Notes: a model not told the origin generated them from the sequence alone. Shown: positions 25,718 to 39,924, counted from the stretch's first letter. The stretch: DNA of 64,000 nucleotides from Sarcophilus harrisii (GCA_048593225.1 CM109174.1:125683754-125747753), one strand, 5' to 3'. Made by a program: numbers and translations.

Positions 25718-27117
25718 CTAGAGAATAGACCAGAGTAAAGAAGACATTCTCCAAAGAGGGCAGGGATGAGGAAATAAAAGAATCCAAAGCTTTAGCCCAC
25801 ATTGCTCCCTATACTCAAGAACAGAATTTCTCAGTTCCAGCACAGAGGTAAGGGCTATAGGCATTTAATAAACATGTATTGAATTGCATTAAAACACCTG
25901 GGTTCTGCTACTATTTCATTAATAGTCTTTGGAAAGATTTATTCCTTCCTTTGAGCCTCAGTTTCCTCTCTGTTAACGAAACTAAGGAAGGATAAGGGAA
26001 AAGTAGGTGCTGAGGTCTCCTTCAGTTCTAAAATCTAGGGTCCTGAGATCTGAAATGTCATCCCCTGACAGCAGAGATCCTGCTCATCTTTTACAGCTTA
26101 GTTCAAATGCTTTGCTTTCCAGTAAGCCTTCTCTACTTTCCTTACTTTATAATCTTCCCCCTGCCCATCCCTAGTCTTCACATAGCACTGTGCATTTATT
26201 TCTCTTAATAAATATTTAATGGATTGAGTTCAATAAGGATCTACAGTGTAGAACATTGAGCTAGGCCCTAGAAGAGGCAATGAGTTAAATAAGCTACAGT
26301 GTTTATTCTCATGAAGCTTACATGTTGGCCATATTAATTTTATGCAGCTGATAGTGAACTGGCTCTTAAAGAAATTCCAAAAGAATAATGTACTAAAAAT
26401 ATTATGCATTTTTTTTGAAGCTCTCCTCATCTCATCCAGACTGAAGTATAACAACTACTCAAGGCCTGACCCCATAGTTGAATAGAAACTTCAATATTTT
26501 TCCCTTTTCCAACAAGGCCAGTTTGCCCATCCTCAAGCAATCCATGGCCCCCTGATTCTTAGGGGTTTATCATGTCAGTTTAGAATTCAGTGTCAACACC
26601 TGATCATCTTTAGCTCTAGTAGAGTTCAAAACTTCAAATCTTAAGCAATTTGCCAGCCTCAGTTTCCCCAGAAGCAGGGACTACCATGGTGTTATGGATT
26701 ATTTATATTATGTTATTATATGTTACTGTATTATTTATATTATATATCATCGATTTATATTATGGATTCTGTTATAGTTGTTCATGGGCATATTTGGGAA
26801 AAATACAAACTTCATCTTAAGTCTGGCTGATCTGATCCAGCTTCAATGAGACTCCAGCTCTTTCTTTAAGCCAAGCCCTAGAAGACTTTTGCCTTCAGCA
26901 TCCAGATTTTTCAAAAACTTTGTAAACCTTCCCTGATCAATGAATCACCAATAAAAGACTAAACCCTCCCTTTGGGCCTTAGGCTACATCAGTATTTCCT
27001 TTATTACTGTTTTCCTCTTAGTCACTGGGATTAACTTTCTGTTAGACTTGTGGGTGGTACTTCTTTTTTCTACCAGCCCTATGCAGCTGACCATAAGAGC
27101 AATTTCCCAGAGTTTAT

Positions 27118-27480
27118 TTCTTTTTTTTTTTCTTTTTTTTTTTTTTTATTTAATAGCCTTTTATTTACAGGATATATACATAGGTAACTTTACAGCATTA
27201 ACAATTGCCAAACCTCTTGTTCCAATTTTTCACCTCTTACCCCCCCACCCCCTCCCCTAAATGTCAGGATGACCAGTAGATGTTAAAATATATTAAAATA
27301 TAACTTAGATACACAATAAGTATACATGACCAAAACATTATTTTGCTGTACAAAAAGAATCAGACTCTGAATTATTGTACAATTAGCTTGTGAAGGAAAT
27401 CAAAAATGCAGGTGTGCATAACTATAGGGATTGGGAATTCAATGTAATGGTTTTTAGTCATCTCCCAGAGTTCTTTTTCC
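27118..27480 (-). mobile_element. L1 3'-end fragment, reverse orientation
   Basis: Poly-T leader followed by AATAGCCTTTTATTTACAGGATATATACATAGGTAACTTTACAGCATTAACAATTGCC...; copy of 20160-20822. Confidence 0.7.
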
Positions 27481-28299
27481 CCAGAGTTTATTTCCAAGGA
27501 AAAAGGGAATATGCAAGTTTATAATACATCAGGACAAATACAGGCAGATAGAAGACAAAATTTCCCCCTCTGGGATCTTAAGGACATAGTGTTTTAGGCA
27601 TAAAGAGAGAATCATAAGACAAAGCCATGGGACACCCATACCAAAGAGACCAGATTGTTTATATTCACATACCTTATTCTGGTTAATATTAAAAATCAGA
27701 AAAATAAATTGGGGGCAAGGTCTGGCAGAATTATTTGGTGAGGGGGCCACTACTTGGGCCTTTTGATTTACTATACTCTAAGCACCAGACATTTTCTCTG
27801 ACTGTTCCCCTTCTAGCTGGAATGTTCTTCATTCTCATTTCTGCCTCCTGGTTTCCTTCAAGTCTCAGCTAAAATCCTATCTCCAAGAAGCCCTGTGTGG
27901 CCTAATTCCCAATCTCTCTTCCAGAAAATGTCCCTTTATTATTTCCTATTTAACACATACACAAGTTTCTGAGGACTAGGACTGTCTTTGTATCCCCAGG
28001 GCTTAGCAGAGTGTCTGGTACTCAGAAAGTGCTTAACAAATGTTTACCAGATTGGATTGAAGTTTTGTCACTTATTAATTGTCTGACTTATTGATTGACT
28101 GATTGAGGGGAGCCTGCCTTTCCATTCTGGGCTTCTGTTTCTTCATCTAAAAAAATGAGGGGTTGGTGGAGAAGTGGGGGAAGGTGTCAGAAAAGGGAAA
28201 TAAATTCTTTTGGAATTTCTTTAAGAGCCAGCTCTTAGGAGCTTGGAGGTAGGTATAGGGTTCTAGAGCTATGGCAGGCACCTGAGGCAGTTTCAGATC

Positions 28300-28470
28300 A
28301 ATTAAGGCAGCTTGATGGGGAGCACGCTGGACTTGGAGTTAGGGAAATTTTGTTCAACTCCAGCCTCAGACACTTATTAGTTCTGTGACCCAAGCCATTT
28401 AACCTCTGCTGCCTCAACTTCCTCATCTGCAAAATGAAGACGCTAATAGCAGATTCCTGCAGGATTGTTA
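28300..28470 (+). mobile_element. MIR-like SINE fragment
   Basis: ...CTCAGACACTTATTAGTTCTGTGACCCAAGCCATTTAACCTCTGCTGCCTCAACTTCCTCATCTGCAAAATGAAGA... Confidence 0.55.
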
Positions 28471-28584
28471 TCAGGACTGAAGGAAATAGCATATGGAAAG
28501 AGCTTCATGAAACTTCAAGGGCTACATCGATTCTAGTGATGATTATTATGAAATTCCAGATCTGGGTTTGGAAACGAGACCTAC

Positions 28585-28869
28585 CTTGCCAGTCTTGATA
28601 TCCCGCACATAGATGCCCTCATTCTCATCCAGAGGGATGGCCTGTCGCCGCTCTATCACTTCTACTTTGGCTGGGGGAACATATTCCAGGGGTCCCCTAA
28701 TCAGCCAGCGGTCTCCGGCCCGCCTTTTCTTGCCATTCTCCCCATCGTTCCCTTCCTCCAGAGGCTGGAGGGCCCTCAACAGCAGCCCTTCATCTTCAGA
28801 GAGCACAAACACCTCCTGGATGCCTTCCTCTAAGCTCTCCCCAGGATGAAGGAAGAAAGATTTCTCCCC
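28585..28869 (-). CDS. MVP: MVP coding exon 7 (vault repeat)
   Basis: 95 codons, [40 protein letters not shown]...[18 protein letters not shown]. Donor GTAGGT. Anchored to ORF 28546..28812. Confidence 0.9.
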
Positions 28870-28950
28870 CTGTCAGGAGAAGGTGGAATAAGGCACTCGG
28901 CTCTTCCCAAAGTGTTCCCCCCTCGCGCCCACCCCCGCCAGCCTCATCAC

Positions 28951-29187
28951 CTTCACCACGCGCTTGTGTCCCAGCTGGTTCTTGCCGTCGGGCCCCACGG
29001 GGTCCAGGATCACACAGTAGTTCCGTGGCCCCAAGGTAGTGATGTTCACAATCCCCAGCACTTCCTCATACACATCAGGCACATGGGCTTCGGTGTCCGC
29101 TTGGGTGACCAGCCACTCCTCCCCCGTGTGGCGCAGCAGGCCCCTCACATCCCGGAAGTTCCGCAGGGCCCGAAGGTGCAGGGCTAT
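28951..29187 (-). CDS. MVP: MVP coding exon 6 (vault repeat)
   Basis: 79 codons, [79 protein letters not shown]. Acceptor tgtacAG and donor GTGATG. Anchored to ORF 28873..29148. Confidence 0.9.
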
Positions 29188-29820
29188 CTGTACAGAAGGG
29201 AGAAGGAAGCTAGAAGGGCCTCTGGCCTCTAATCAAGAGGGATGTGATCCCCCACTCGGGCCACAACACGGAGCCGCCCTTTATGTGGTTAAGATGTGTT
29301 AGTACTCTGCGAGCAGTCTCAGTTAATCCTCACAGCAGTCCTGACCCTCAGCTCCTCAATTGGTCCCCACTGCTCCTTTACCCCTCATCACTTCCACATC
29401 TAAGGGACTTAGGAAAGCTGTACTGATAGAAAAAGGTTTTCCATTCATCCTAATTTCAGGGTGACTTTCCAACACCTGCTGGTCAGGTTACAATGAGGTT
29501 AATTTATTCTTGTGCCATGGATCTTTTTAGGAGGCTGGTAAAACCCATGAACCCCTTCTCAGAACTGAGTTTTTAAATATATGAAATAAAATATATAGGA
29601 TCACAAAGGAAACCAAGGTTACTGAAATATGCCAAGTTAAAAAAAATTATTTTTAAATTAGAGACCCTAGTGTTCAGAACCAATGGGCTAGATTCTGGAA
29701 AAGTGAGCTTAGAAAGATCACTACTTATGTTCCTTATCCACCCCATCCTTGGATAGTCTCCCCATTCAGTTTCCCTCAGTCTTTGTGGGATCCCTCCCAA
29801 TTCCCCAGAGCTTATTGTAC

Positions 29821-29915
29821 CTTGTCTGTGAGGACCACAGCGTTGACCACATCCAGAACTTCCTCAAACACACCTGGGAGGTAGGCCCCCATGGAGCGTA
29901 CCAGCCATTCTTCTC
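29821..29915 (-). CDS. MVP: MVP coding exon 5
   Basis: Encodes (G)[31 protein letters not shown]. Acceptor gattAG and donor GTACAA. No track anchor; coordinates come from the sequence lines and the phase and length check. Confidence 0.75.
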
Positions 29916-30415
29916 CTAATCAAGAAAGTGATGTTAAAGGTTAGAAAATCTGGCAAAGCCCTGAAAAGACCATCTTAGTGGGTCCTGGTGATGAATACCC
30001 TTCCCTATAACAGACAGATGCAGGGCAAGGACCTGTCAAACTTCAAGCTGACAAATTCTGCTTGTTATCACTCATTTCTCTTGCTTTCTGACCTCAGCAA
30101 TGTTGTGTTTTTTAAAAGGTTGATCTGTGGAAAAATAAATCTCTTTGAAATGGAGAATTCAGAAGTGTCAGTATTTATATATCTCCTTCAGATACTTTGT
30201 CTCTTTCTTAAACTGACTTGTTTTCCCATCTAAGGCCTCTGCCAAGTTCCCGAGGCTCTCTCCATGTCCATGGTTTCTCTCCAATCTCCTTTGTTCCCCT
30301 CAACCCTTCCCTTTGTAAACATCTCCACCCTTCTTGTTCTCTGCCCTCCAGATCATTCCTCACTCCCTGTCCCACCCCCTTCCCCGCCCCGGCTCCAGTT
30401 CCCCTGTCCCCTTAC

Positions 30416-30547
30416 CTGTCACTCTTGGTTTGCCATCCCGATCCAGACATTCTTTCCGGGCTCGCAGGCGAAGAGCTTGGTTATGTCGAATCACGGTGGC
30501 CTGGATTGTCTCCACCACTTCTACTTCCTTCTGGGGGATGTATGTGC
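30416..30547 (-). CDS. MVP: MVP coding exon 4
   Basis: Encodes (G)[43 protein letters not shown]. Acceptor ctttcAG and donor GTAAGG. Anchored through plus-strand ORF 30218..30667. Confidence 0.85.
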
Positions 30548-31000
30548 CTGAAAGGATGGAATGGAAAGTGTAGAAAATGCTTTATTATAATGTTCAGAAA
30601 ACTGATCATCATACTGTTTAAATCTAACTTTATGGGACTAGAGAGAACGTCGCCCTACTCTCAGTAACTTTCCCGGAATGCCAGAGATGTCTACATGGAA
30701 TTATGGGTTCCTCTCAGGGCCTGGATCCCATGAAAAGCAAACCTTCCGGAGCCTGGAGGACAGAGAATCACACATCTTCCAGCTCTTTTTCTTTTATCAA
30801 ATGACCTAATAAAAATTTCTTCCTAAAACTATTTTAGATTTTGGAGTTTCTTTTCATAATTGACAAAATAAAGGAGAAAACAGGGGAAAGCAAGAGAGGC
30901 AAGTGATTGGGGAATCCTTCCTATTCCACCCAGGATGAAACCTGCTGAATGAGGTCAGATTCTACATAGCCGATGACCATTAGGGAGACAAATGACTTAC

Positions 31001-31124
31001 CAGGCCCTTCAAAGAGCCATTCATCTCCTGCTATTCTTCTCTCCTCATTCTCATCTTCAAAGTCAAGTAAAGCCTTAAGGTGCAGTGCGGTATTGGGTAG
31101 GACCACCTGAAGTGGAGTTATATC
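31001..31124 (-). CDS. MVP: MVP coding exon 3
   Basis: Encodes [41 protein letters not shown]. Acceptor tcctAG and donor GTAAGT. Anchored to ORF 30921..31106. Confidence 0.85.
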
Positions 31125-32689
31125 CTAGGAGAATAGAAAAAAAATCCATGATTCATCCCTGAGGCCCTCAGAATTAGGACTCTCAAAGATCTGGATGGGA
31201 GGGCCTGAAATTCAAGGTGGACTCCCAGTTTTGGAAGTGAGAAATCAACTTCTGTCATGTAAAGAAAACAATGAAAAATGCCCTGAGCAGCACCTGTTCT
31301 GTCCATTTCCTCTAGGTTTGGTTTTCCTAAAAGTGTAAGTAGAGAATTTTGAAGGCTGTATTTTATGAATCAGAGAGTGCCAAGTTCTTTTTTAGGCATA
31401 AGTAGTAAATGCCCAAATATCACACAATCGTGTGAAATAGGAGACACAGCAATGAACCTGGAAGCATAAGATAAGTATTTCAGTTCTGAGTGAGACAATT
31501 ACTAGCTTTGTGTTAACCTTGGGTAAATGTTGCTTAATCCCTCCAAACCTCAGCTTCCTCCTCTGTAGAAAGAAGTTAATTAAGATCTTGGTCTAGATTA
31601 AAAGCTAGATGGTGAAATTATTTGGATCTAGGGAAGAAGGGATGGTGCCATTTTAGCACTTAGAGCTATCTATCACTAGGATAAAACAGGAATGCTGACA
31701 CATCTTTATCTTGTCCTTTAATTTTATCAGGCCATATTTCAAAGCATTCAGAAAAAGGATAGGTGGAATCCCAGATTTGAAATTCTTAAGGAAGAATTGT
31801 TGAACAAAAGACTGAGGGAAGAGGAAAGGAGGAGGCAGGAACTCCTCAAAAATAAATTCTGTTGGTGAACATAAATGATTCCCATGAGTAAGAAAAAAGT
31901 GTCAATGAGACCAAATGGTTACATACACATCACTGATAAACACTGAATTTGGAAAAGCAAATGAGCAAAGTAACTGAGACAAAATTCAAAAACATATCCT
32001 GAATCTGTAAGAATGCCAAGACTAAAGCTGCAAAAGATCTAAGATATGTAAATAAACAATAATGACCACAAAATAGTTTTAAAAAAATAAGATGGAACAG
32101 AAAGAAAGTAGCAAGGGACCACCCCTCAAGGTGATGAGACATGGTAAAAACTGAAAAAAGGAAGAAGTACTCAAGTCATTTTGCTCCTGTCTTTTTTCTC
32201 TACCAAGAAGAATGACCTTTAGACTGGGAAAGGTTGAACAAAAATGGTTAACAGGGCATTGAAAGAAAAGTCAACAGATGAAATGATAAATAGGTTATAG
32301 CTGTTCTCAATTATGGTCAAGCCACTGTGCCAGGGTGAACCCTGTCCCAGAATCCTAAAAGGATTTATTTATGCGACTTAAAAACTACCAACAGTAGTTA
32401 AGCAGAATCATGAGGAATAGGAGGAAATATTATTGGAGACATTCAAATGTTCCATTTTGAAAAAATAATGGAAGGCAGATTCTCAAATTGTAAGTTAGCT
32501 AGCTTATTTTTTTTGTTGTTTTGTTTTTCCACTTAACAGTATTTTATTTTTTCCACTTACATGTAAAAGTTTTCAACATTTACTTTTATAATATTTTGAG
32601 TTCCACTATGCTCAAAATTATCATACTGTGCATACCCTTTATATTACTACTGGGCTTATATTCCAAAGAGATCTTAAAGGAGGGAAAGG

Positions 32690-33380
32690 GACCTGTATGT
32701 GCAAGAATGTTTATGGCAGCCCTTTTTGTAGTGGCCAGAAACTGGAAACGGAGTGGATGCCCATCAATTGGAGAATGGCTGAATAAATTGTGGTATATGA
32801 ATGTTATGGAATATTATTGTTCTGTAAGAAATGGCCAGCAGGATGATTTCAGAAAGGCCTGGAGAGACTTACACGAACTGATGCTGAGTGAAATGAGCAG
32901 GAGCAGGAGATCATTATATACTTCAACAACAATACTATATGATGATCAATTCTGATGGATGTGGCCCTCTTCAACAATGAGATGAATCAGATCAGTTCCA
33001 ATAGAGCAGTAATGAATTGAACCAGCTACACCCAGCAAAAGAACTCTGGGAGATAACTATGAACCACTACATAGACTTCCCAATCCCTCTATTTTTGTTG
33101 ACCTGCATTTTTGATGTCCTTCACAGGTTAATTGTACACTATTTCAAAGTCCAATTCTTCTTGTGGAGCAAAATAAGTATATGGACATGTATACATATAT
33201 TGTATTTAACTTGTACTTTAATATATTTAACATATATTGGTCTACCTGCCATCTGGGGAAAGGGATGGGGGGAAAGAGAGGAAAAATTGGAACAAAAGGT
33301 TTTGCAATTGTCAATGCTGAAAAATTACCCATGCATGTATCTTGTAAATAAAAAGCTATAATTTAAAAAAAAAAAAAAAA
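32690..33380 (+). mobile_element. L1 3'-end copy with intact poly(A) tail (33361-33380)
   Basis: About 690 bp ending ...CATGCATGTATCTTGTAAATAAAAAGCTATAATTT(A)16; the most complete member of the family in this window. Confidence 0.75.
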
Positions 33381-36300
33381 GATTTTGAGTTCCATTGTTG
33401 TTCTACCTCCATCTACCCCAGTCACCCTCCTCAAGATGGCAAGTAGTCTAATATAAATTACACCTGTATCCTCATATCAAACATATTTCTACATTAGTCA
33501 TATTGTGAAAGAATTAGAAAAAAGCACGAGAAAGAAAAAAATTAAAAAATGACAATAGTTTCCTTTAATCTCCATTCAGACTCCATAAGTTTCTTCTCCA
33601 TAGCATTTTCCATCATGATACTTTTGGAATTGGCTTATATCACTGTATTGCTAAGAAGAGCTTAGTCTATAAAAGTTGATCATTACACAATATTGCTGTT
33701 ACTGTTTATGATATTTTCCTGGTTCTAGCAAATTTATTGCTGACAAAATTTTTAAAGGGGTGGTTTGTGGATCCTTAGAAAGAAAATCACTAATTGTTAT
33801 GTGCCAGCATGAGTTCTCTAAAGACAAATAATTCTGGGCTGTTTTTTTCTTTTTTGACAGCTTTTTTGATTTGGAAAATATCATTTGTCGGGCCACTAAT
33901 AAAAATCCAGCACAATGGTGTTGAGGACCAGACAGACAGATGTGGGAAATAGGGAGATTTAGACAAAGGTAAAAAGATAGGAATTAAAAAATAAGATGTA
34001 GTAATACAACCTGGAATGAACTCTAAGTGGAATGCTCTCTCTAGGGTATTGTTGTTCTTAGTGTTTGGGAAACATGCTGATCCCATGAGGAAGAATGAAT
34101 GTATAACATGAATGAGTACAAATCCATGAATATTAGAACAGTTAGAAGAGTAGACCAAATTTATTAAGTTTTTTTTTTCCTACTTTATTAAATTTAAAGT
34201 GCAACACTTTGGTTAAAAAACAAACAAAAAATTTTACAAGTACAAAACTAGGATATACGAGTAGACAAAAACTCTCGTGGAAAGGAATGAGGTTTTTAAA
34301 GTATTTTACAAGCTCAACATGAGTCAAACATGTTATATAGCCAAGTCAAGTCAATAAGCATTCATTAAGTACTTATTATGTGCCAGGCATTGTGCTAGAG
34401 ATACAAAGGGCTGGTTATTGTTCTTTATGCGTAAAGAGGACCAAAATGGCACCATTTCTTGTTTTGAATGGGATAGTGTGAGGGTCAAAAACACTCAATC
34501 TACAACAAAAGATACTTAGGCAGAGCCATTTGAGATGCTCCCTTTTTGCGGGGGCTTAATTTTACAGTGCTTGATATACAGAAAATACAGCTGAGTCAAA
34601 GTAAAATTCAGAGTCTCATTGGTTAATTGATATAGCTTGCCCATGCAGAACTTTCAGTTCATGGGTACAATTGGTGAGAGGATTCCAAAACTGACCAAGT
34701 TGATGGTCATTCACTGGCCTCCTGTTAGCCAACAGGGAGCTGTAGGTAACTCTGGTAACTTGAAGACAGTGTTAGCTGCTGGCCAGAATACCCATAGGCC
34801 TGTTTCTCCAGCAAAGTGATTTGAAGATTGAGGGACCATCAGAAATACTGGGGTATTTTCTATATCATTGACTCATCTCCACCATGCCAGAGTGGATTAC
34901 CTACTCAGCAGAAAGGGTGGAGGTCCTATAATCAAGGAAGTGAACTTTGTAACAAGCCATTGAACTTAGAATCTTAAAGCCCATTAGAAAAAAGAATCTA
35001 TCCTACCTTATCTAATCATCTCCAAATAAAGATATGTAAATATCTATTAACACTAGTTGATTATACTGACTGAATATATATTAGTGGAAAAGCATATCAC
35101 TAAATAATTACTATGGAATCATACCAAATTGAATAACACTGATTGAAAATAAGCTAGGGGTCTAAGTCTACAGGGTCTAAGTCATTATTTTCTACAATAG
35201 TCACCTCCCACATTGGGCAGACTAGGGTTAGGTTAGGTGGAGCAGGCCATTTTTAAGGGCACCTTTTCTAGTCCTTTCCTCACCAGAAGCAGAGCAGGGT
35301 GGCTGCTCAGACACCCAAGGGTTCCAAATCCCCCTGTTGCTTCAACACAATGAGAAGAGAACTCTAGGCCCTGGGCTGCTTGTGGACAGGGTGTGACTAC
35401 TTCCAGTGCATTCCACCTGCTGATTCATCACCACAGGACTTTGAGGCAGGCAAAAAAGGCAAAATGGTGAAGTCTTTGACTTGAACATAATTGGATTTAA
35501 GGGCCTTCATGGCCCTTGGGAAAAACTGTTCTCATCTGACCATTCCACCAGGGAAGTCTTCCCGTATCTGGGTTAGATACCCCTAAACTGCTGAGGGATT
35601 TAAGGCCCCTCAGGTACCCTCAGCCTGATTTAGCCCATCTGTCGACACTGGCTGCTATATAAACCACAGCCTCTTGTGGCCACAGGTGGGAAATGGATGG
35701 CAGGTGAACACCAAAGGTGGAAAGCAGCCCTGAAAGGGCTCAGCGGCTCTCACATAGATGTGTTAGTCTCCTCTGACCACCTATCCACCCGCATACAACT
35801 ATAAGCAAAACAAAATATATTCTCTGCCCTCAGGGAAATTCTACACCAAGGGAAGACAACACATATGAGGAAATTGAAAAAGAAAGGGAATGGGGAAAGG
35901 GGAAAGTGGAAAGTAAAGACAGCAGAAAGTCTGGATAGCCAGGAATGGAGCCCAATAGCTAGTCTAGGTGCCTTCCTTAAATTGGAGGTACCTGGAGGAA
36001 CCAGCCAATCAGCGGGGCTGTGGTACAGCATGAACTTCTAGGGTGGGAAGGCTGCTGTGGACATGATGAAGGATGGAGCCCGGAGAAGAATGTCTGAGAA
36101 ACAGTTGGAAATAGCAACTGTAGCTCGATAAGAGAGACTGGGGCTGGATATATCAGCTGGTGAAGATTTCTGAAACATACATTTTTGGACATGGTCAGGG
36201 TGGAAATTGCTTTTAGCTATACATAAGCATTATAAGGGATTTTTTCCCCAATTTTTTTTTCCAGTAGAGATGATAGGAGGGGAAAATGGGAGGGAGACTA

Positions 36301-37009
36301 GAATGGAATTAAAAAGAAGGCCAGAAAGAGAGGATGAGAATGTCCTTGAAACATACATGAAAAACTAATGTTCTGTTCAGTAGACCAAAAAAATACTCAG
36401 AGGAGACATGACTGCTGCTTTTGAGAACTTTAAGGGCTGACATGTAGAAAAGGGATTGGCTTTAGTTTATTTAGCCACAGAGGGAAAAACTGGGAATAAA
36501 AGTGTGAAAGTTACAGGAAGGTAGGTTTTGTTACTAAACAAGATTTCTAAAAAGTCTTAATTCAGTCTTAAGCTTCAGTTTTCTAAAAATGTACTAAGTA
36601 TTTTGGAAATACTATAATTTTAAAAAATTTCTAATAAAGTTGAGAAAAAATAGAGGAAAAAAACACAGAAAATAAGGAATTGCCTCATTATTGGAAAAAC
36701 TTCTAGCTGAATATCTTGGAGGGGAAGTTTCCTGTTGCACTGCCCATGATGCTCTATATCATCATATACTTCTGTATTGATTGTTTCTCTTCTCCCCTCA
36801 AATGCTCTTCCTCTTGAAACTTATTTCCTTGTAAACTCAGCCAGTTTCTGTATGAGGCCTCCGAGCTACTAAAGCTTCCCCACCTCCACACAGTTTGTAT
36901 TTGATTTGTTTATGCCTATAAGTACATATATGTTGTATTCCCAGTTAGAATATAACCAGAGGCTGCAATAGATACGGCCTTAAAGGTCTCTATCTCCACC
37001 GAAGGCTCC

Positions 37010-37190
37010 TGTGAACCCACAACTGTTGTAGGCAAGGAGCTCAACCTTGCTTCCTGAAGTCAGGAAGACCTGAGTTCAAATCTGATCTCAGACACTTAAA
37101 CTTCCTAGCTGTGTGACCCTGGGCAAGTCACTTAACCCCAGTTGCCTCAGTAAAATAAAACAACAATAACAACAACAACAAAAGCTCTGC
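37010..37190 (+). mobile_element. tRNA-derived SINE copy with (AAC)n-rich tail
   Basis: ...GACCTGAGTTCAAATCTGATCTCAGACACTTAAACTTCCTAGCTGTGTGACCCTGGGCAAGTCACTTAACCCCAGTTGCCTCAG...AACAACAATAACAACAAC. Confidence 0.7.
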
Positions 37191-37289
37191 AATCCAGCAA
37201 TACCAGTGCTAGGCTATATCCCAAAGACATCCAAAGAATAGAAAAAGACTTATTTGTACAAAAATATTTAGAGCAGCTCTTTCTGCAGT

Positions 37290-37612
37290 GGCTAAGAATT
37301 GGAAGTGAAATTGGGGGATGGCTAAATAAGCTGTGGTATATGATTGTAATGGAATAGTATAGTGCCATAAGAAATGACAAGCAAGAATATATCAGAAAGA
37401 CTTAAATGAACTGATACATAGTAAAGTAAACAGAAGCAGGAGAACATTTGTACAGAGTAACAACAATATTATTTAATGAACTGTGAATAACTTAGCTATT
37501 CTCAACAATACATGATGAAGCATGTTTTCCATCTCCAGAAAAAAATGATACTGACTGAATACTAACTGAACCATGCTGTTTTCCACTTTAATTTTTTTTT
37601 CTTTCGAGTATT
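37290..37612 (+). mobile_element. L1 3'-end fragment
   Basis: Same family as 19690, 21055 and 44150. Confidence 0.6.
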
Positions 37613-38268
37613 CTAGTACAAAGTGACTAATATGGAAATCTTTTTACATAATTGCTTCACATCTATAACCTATATTTGATTATCATTTCAGGGAAGAGGG
37701 AAAGGAGAGAAAAAGGGTTGTATCTGGACTCAAACCTTAAGTAAAAATGTTTTAAAAAAAATAAAGATGATGAAGTCTAGAAAGTAAATGACTTGTCTAC
37801 ATAGTTCAGGTCATGCCAATGGGGAAATCCCACCCAGAGATTTCTTCTCTTCCTGATCTTATCCCACTTTATTGTTTTTAATAATTCTATAAGTATCACG
37901 TGATCTGTGTCAACAAATGGGTAAAGTGAAATGTTTAAAAGGACTAACTGCATGCTGCCATGGTCCCTAGGAAAACTCTGTGAGAACTCAGTTCCACAGC
38001 AGCATGTGAAATAATTTAGTTATTGGTGGTCAATTACTAATAGGCAAAGAGGGCTACTGACAACTGTAAGCAAAAATATGGCAGTGAGAAAGCATGAATG
38101 TGTTAAAGGAACAACAAGAGAATGCTGATGCTCAAAAGTGGAAAGGAGGTTAGAGGGCAGAAGGGAATTCCTTGATAATTCAGTTCTACACAGCCTAATT
38201 TTAGTGCTAGCCAGGGCCCTGCCCCTCATGCATCGCTTCCTTGCAGAGGAAGGACTCCTTCTGGGTAC

Positions 38269-38467
38269 CTGTTCCAGCTCCTCTCCTGGGTACAGTGGAA
38301 AGGGGTCCTGGGCCAGCCGGATCTCCAGGTCCGCATGACGAAGTCGCACTTGCCCAGTAGCTACATCAAATAGTACAGAGCCCGCTTTATCTCGGGCTAC
38401 AGGATTAGCTACAATGCAATAATGTCGTGGTGGGACTGTCACCATCCGTGCTGGGGCAAACAGCACC
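38269..38467 (-). CDS. MVP: MVP coding exon 2
   Basis: Encodes (R)[66 protein letters not shown]. Acceptor ccccAG and donor GTACCC. Anchored to ORF 38020..38478. Confidence 0.9.
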
Positions 38468-38773
38468 CTGGGGAACAAAGGGAAAGTATGAGGAATCGCC
38501 GAGATCTTCCTCTAAGCCTTCCCACCCACCCGGACACAGCCCTGAGAGGTAAGCTCAGTGCTTCAGATAATGAGTGTTCCAGCAAGGAACACAGGCCTCC
38601 AATCGACCAAAAGCTGTCTGCCTGCCACATTCTTGCCCGAATGAGGTTTAACTTTTGCCTGGACATGAAGACAGAATGAACGACCTGGAGAGCCCGATCA
38701 ACAAGGTCTATCCCTCCCTGCCCCAGACTTTCCTTTTTCTCTCCCTCTCTCCTTTTCAGGACTCAATACCAAC

Positions 38774-38901
38774 CTTTCATTGTCCTGCCGGATGTAAGTC
38801 TTGGGTCCAACCTCCACCCGGGACACGTTGCTGTTCTGGTCAAGCACGTGGATGAAGTGGTATGGGGGGATTCGGATGATGGAATCTCCCTTATTTGCCA
38901 T
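38774..38901 (-). CDS. MVP: MVP first coding exon (ATG at 38901..38899)
   Basis: Encodes [42 protein letters not shown] plus AG; donor GTTGGT. Human MVP starts [42 protein letters not shown] (from memory). A possible acceptor ctctgaAG lies 5 nt upstream of the ATG, implying a non-coding upstream exon. Confidence 0.85.
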
Positions 38902-39244
38902 GGTGACTTCAGAGTCAAGATGGCCGGAATCAGGAGTGGTTAATACAGGATCTCTGGTGTGGGGAGAAAGAATTCAAATGAATGACAAACTGTGCATATT
39001 CTTTGATCTAGCAGTGTCTCTCCTAGATACTGTCTGTATCCCAAAAGATCATCAAAAAGTGAAAGGGATCTACTTATGCAACAATATTTATAGCAGCCTT
39101 TTTTTTTTTGTAAAGGCATGGAACTGGAAATTGAGTCCCATGAGTTGGGGAATGGCTGAATTGTTTTTTTTTTTTTTTTCCTTTTTTTTTTTTTTTTTTA
39201 CTTTCTTGAACTAGTTTTTGTTGTTATATATTTTGAATCTTCCC

Positions 39245-39920
39245 TTATATTTTTTTTTCTTTTTTTTTTTTATTTAATAGCCTTTTATTTACAGGATATA
39301 TACATGGGTAACTTTACAGCATTAACAATTGCCAAACCTCTTGTTCCAATTTTTCACCTCTTACCCCCACCCCCACCCCCTCCCCTAGATGGCAGGATGA
39401 CCAGTAGATGTTAAATATATTAAAATATAACTTAGATACACAATAAGTATACATGACCAAAACATTATTTTGCTGTACAAAAAGAATCAGACTCTGAATT
39501 ATTGTACAATTAGCTTGTGAAGGAAATCAAAAATGCAGGTGTGCATAAATATAGGGATTGGGAATTCAATGTAATGGTTTTTAGTCATCTCCCAGAGTTA
39601 TTTTCTGGGCATAGCTAGTTCAGTTCATCACTGCTCCATTAGAAATGATTTGGTTGATCTCGTTGCTGAGGATGGCCTGATCCATCAGAACTGGTCAACA
39701 TCTAGTATTGTTGTTGAAGTATATAATGATCTCCTGGTCCTGCTCATTTCACTCAGCATCAGTTCGTGTAAGTCTCTCCAGGCCTTTCTGAAATCATCCT
39801 GTTGGTCATTTCTTACAGAACAATAATATTCCATAATTTTCATATACCACAATTTATTCAGCCATTCTCCAACTGATGAACATCCATTCAGTTTCCAGTT
39901 TCTAGCCACTACAAAAAGGG
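39245..39920 (-). mobile_element. L1 3'-end copy, reverse orientation (in MVP 5' flank / putative intron 1)
   Basis: Poly-T at 39245-39270, then the family sequence seen at 20160-20822. Confidence 0.7.
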
Positions 39921-39924
39921 CTGA

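Noticed and set aside
32521-32955. ORFs inside L1 copies (this one, plus 39685..39909 and 22457..22645) encoding ...ARNWK.NGC.S.GEWLNKLWYM..MEYYC..RN.QQD.FR..W.DLHELMLSEMSR.RRSLYTSTTIL
   Set aside because: The same peptide recurs in every copy of the L1 3'-end family and stops at the element boundary. It is retroposon-derived sequence, not a host gene.
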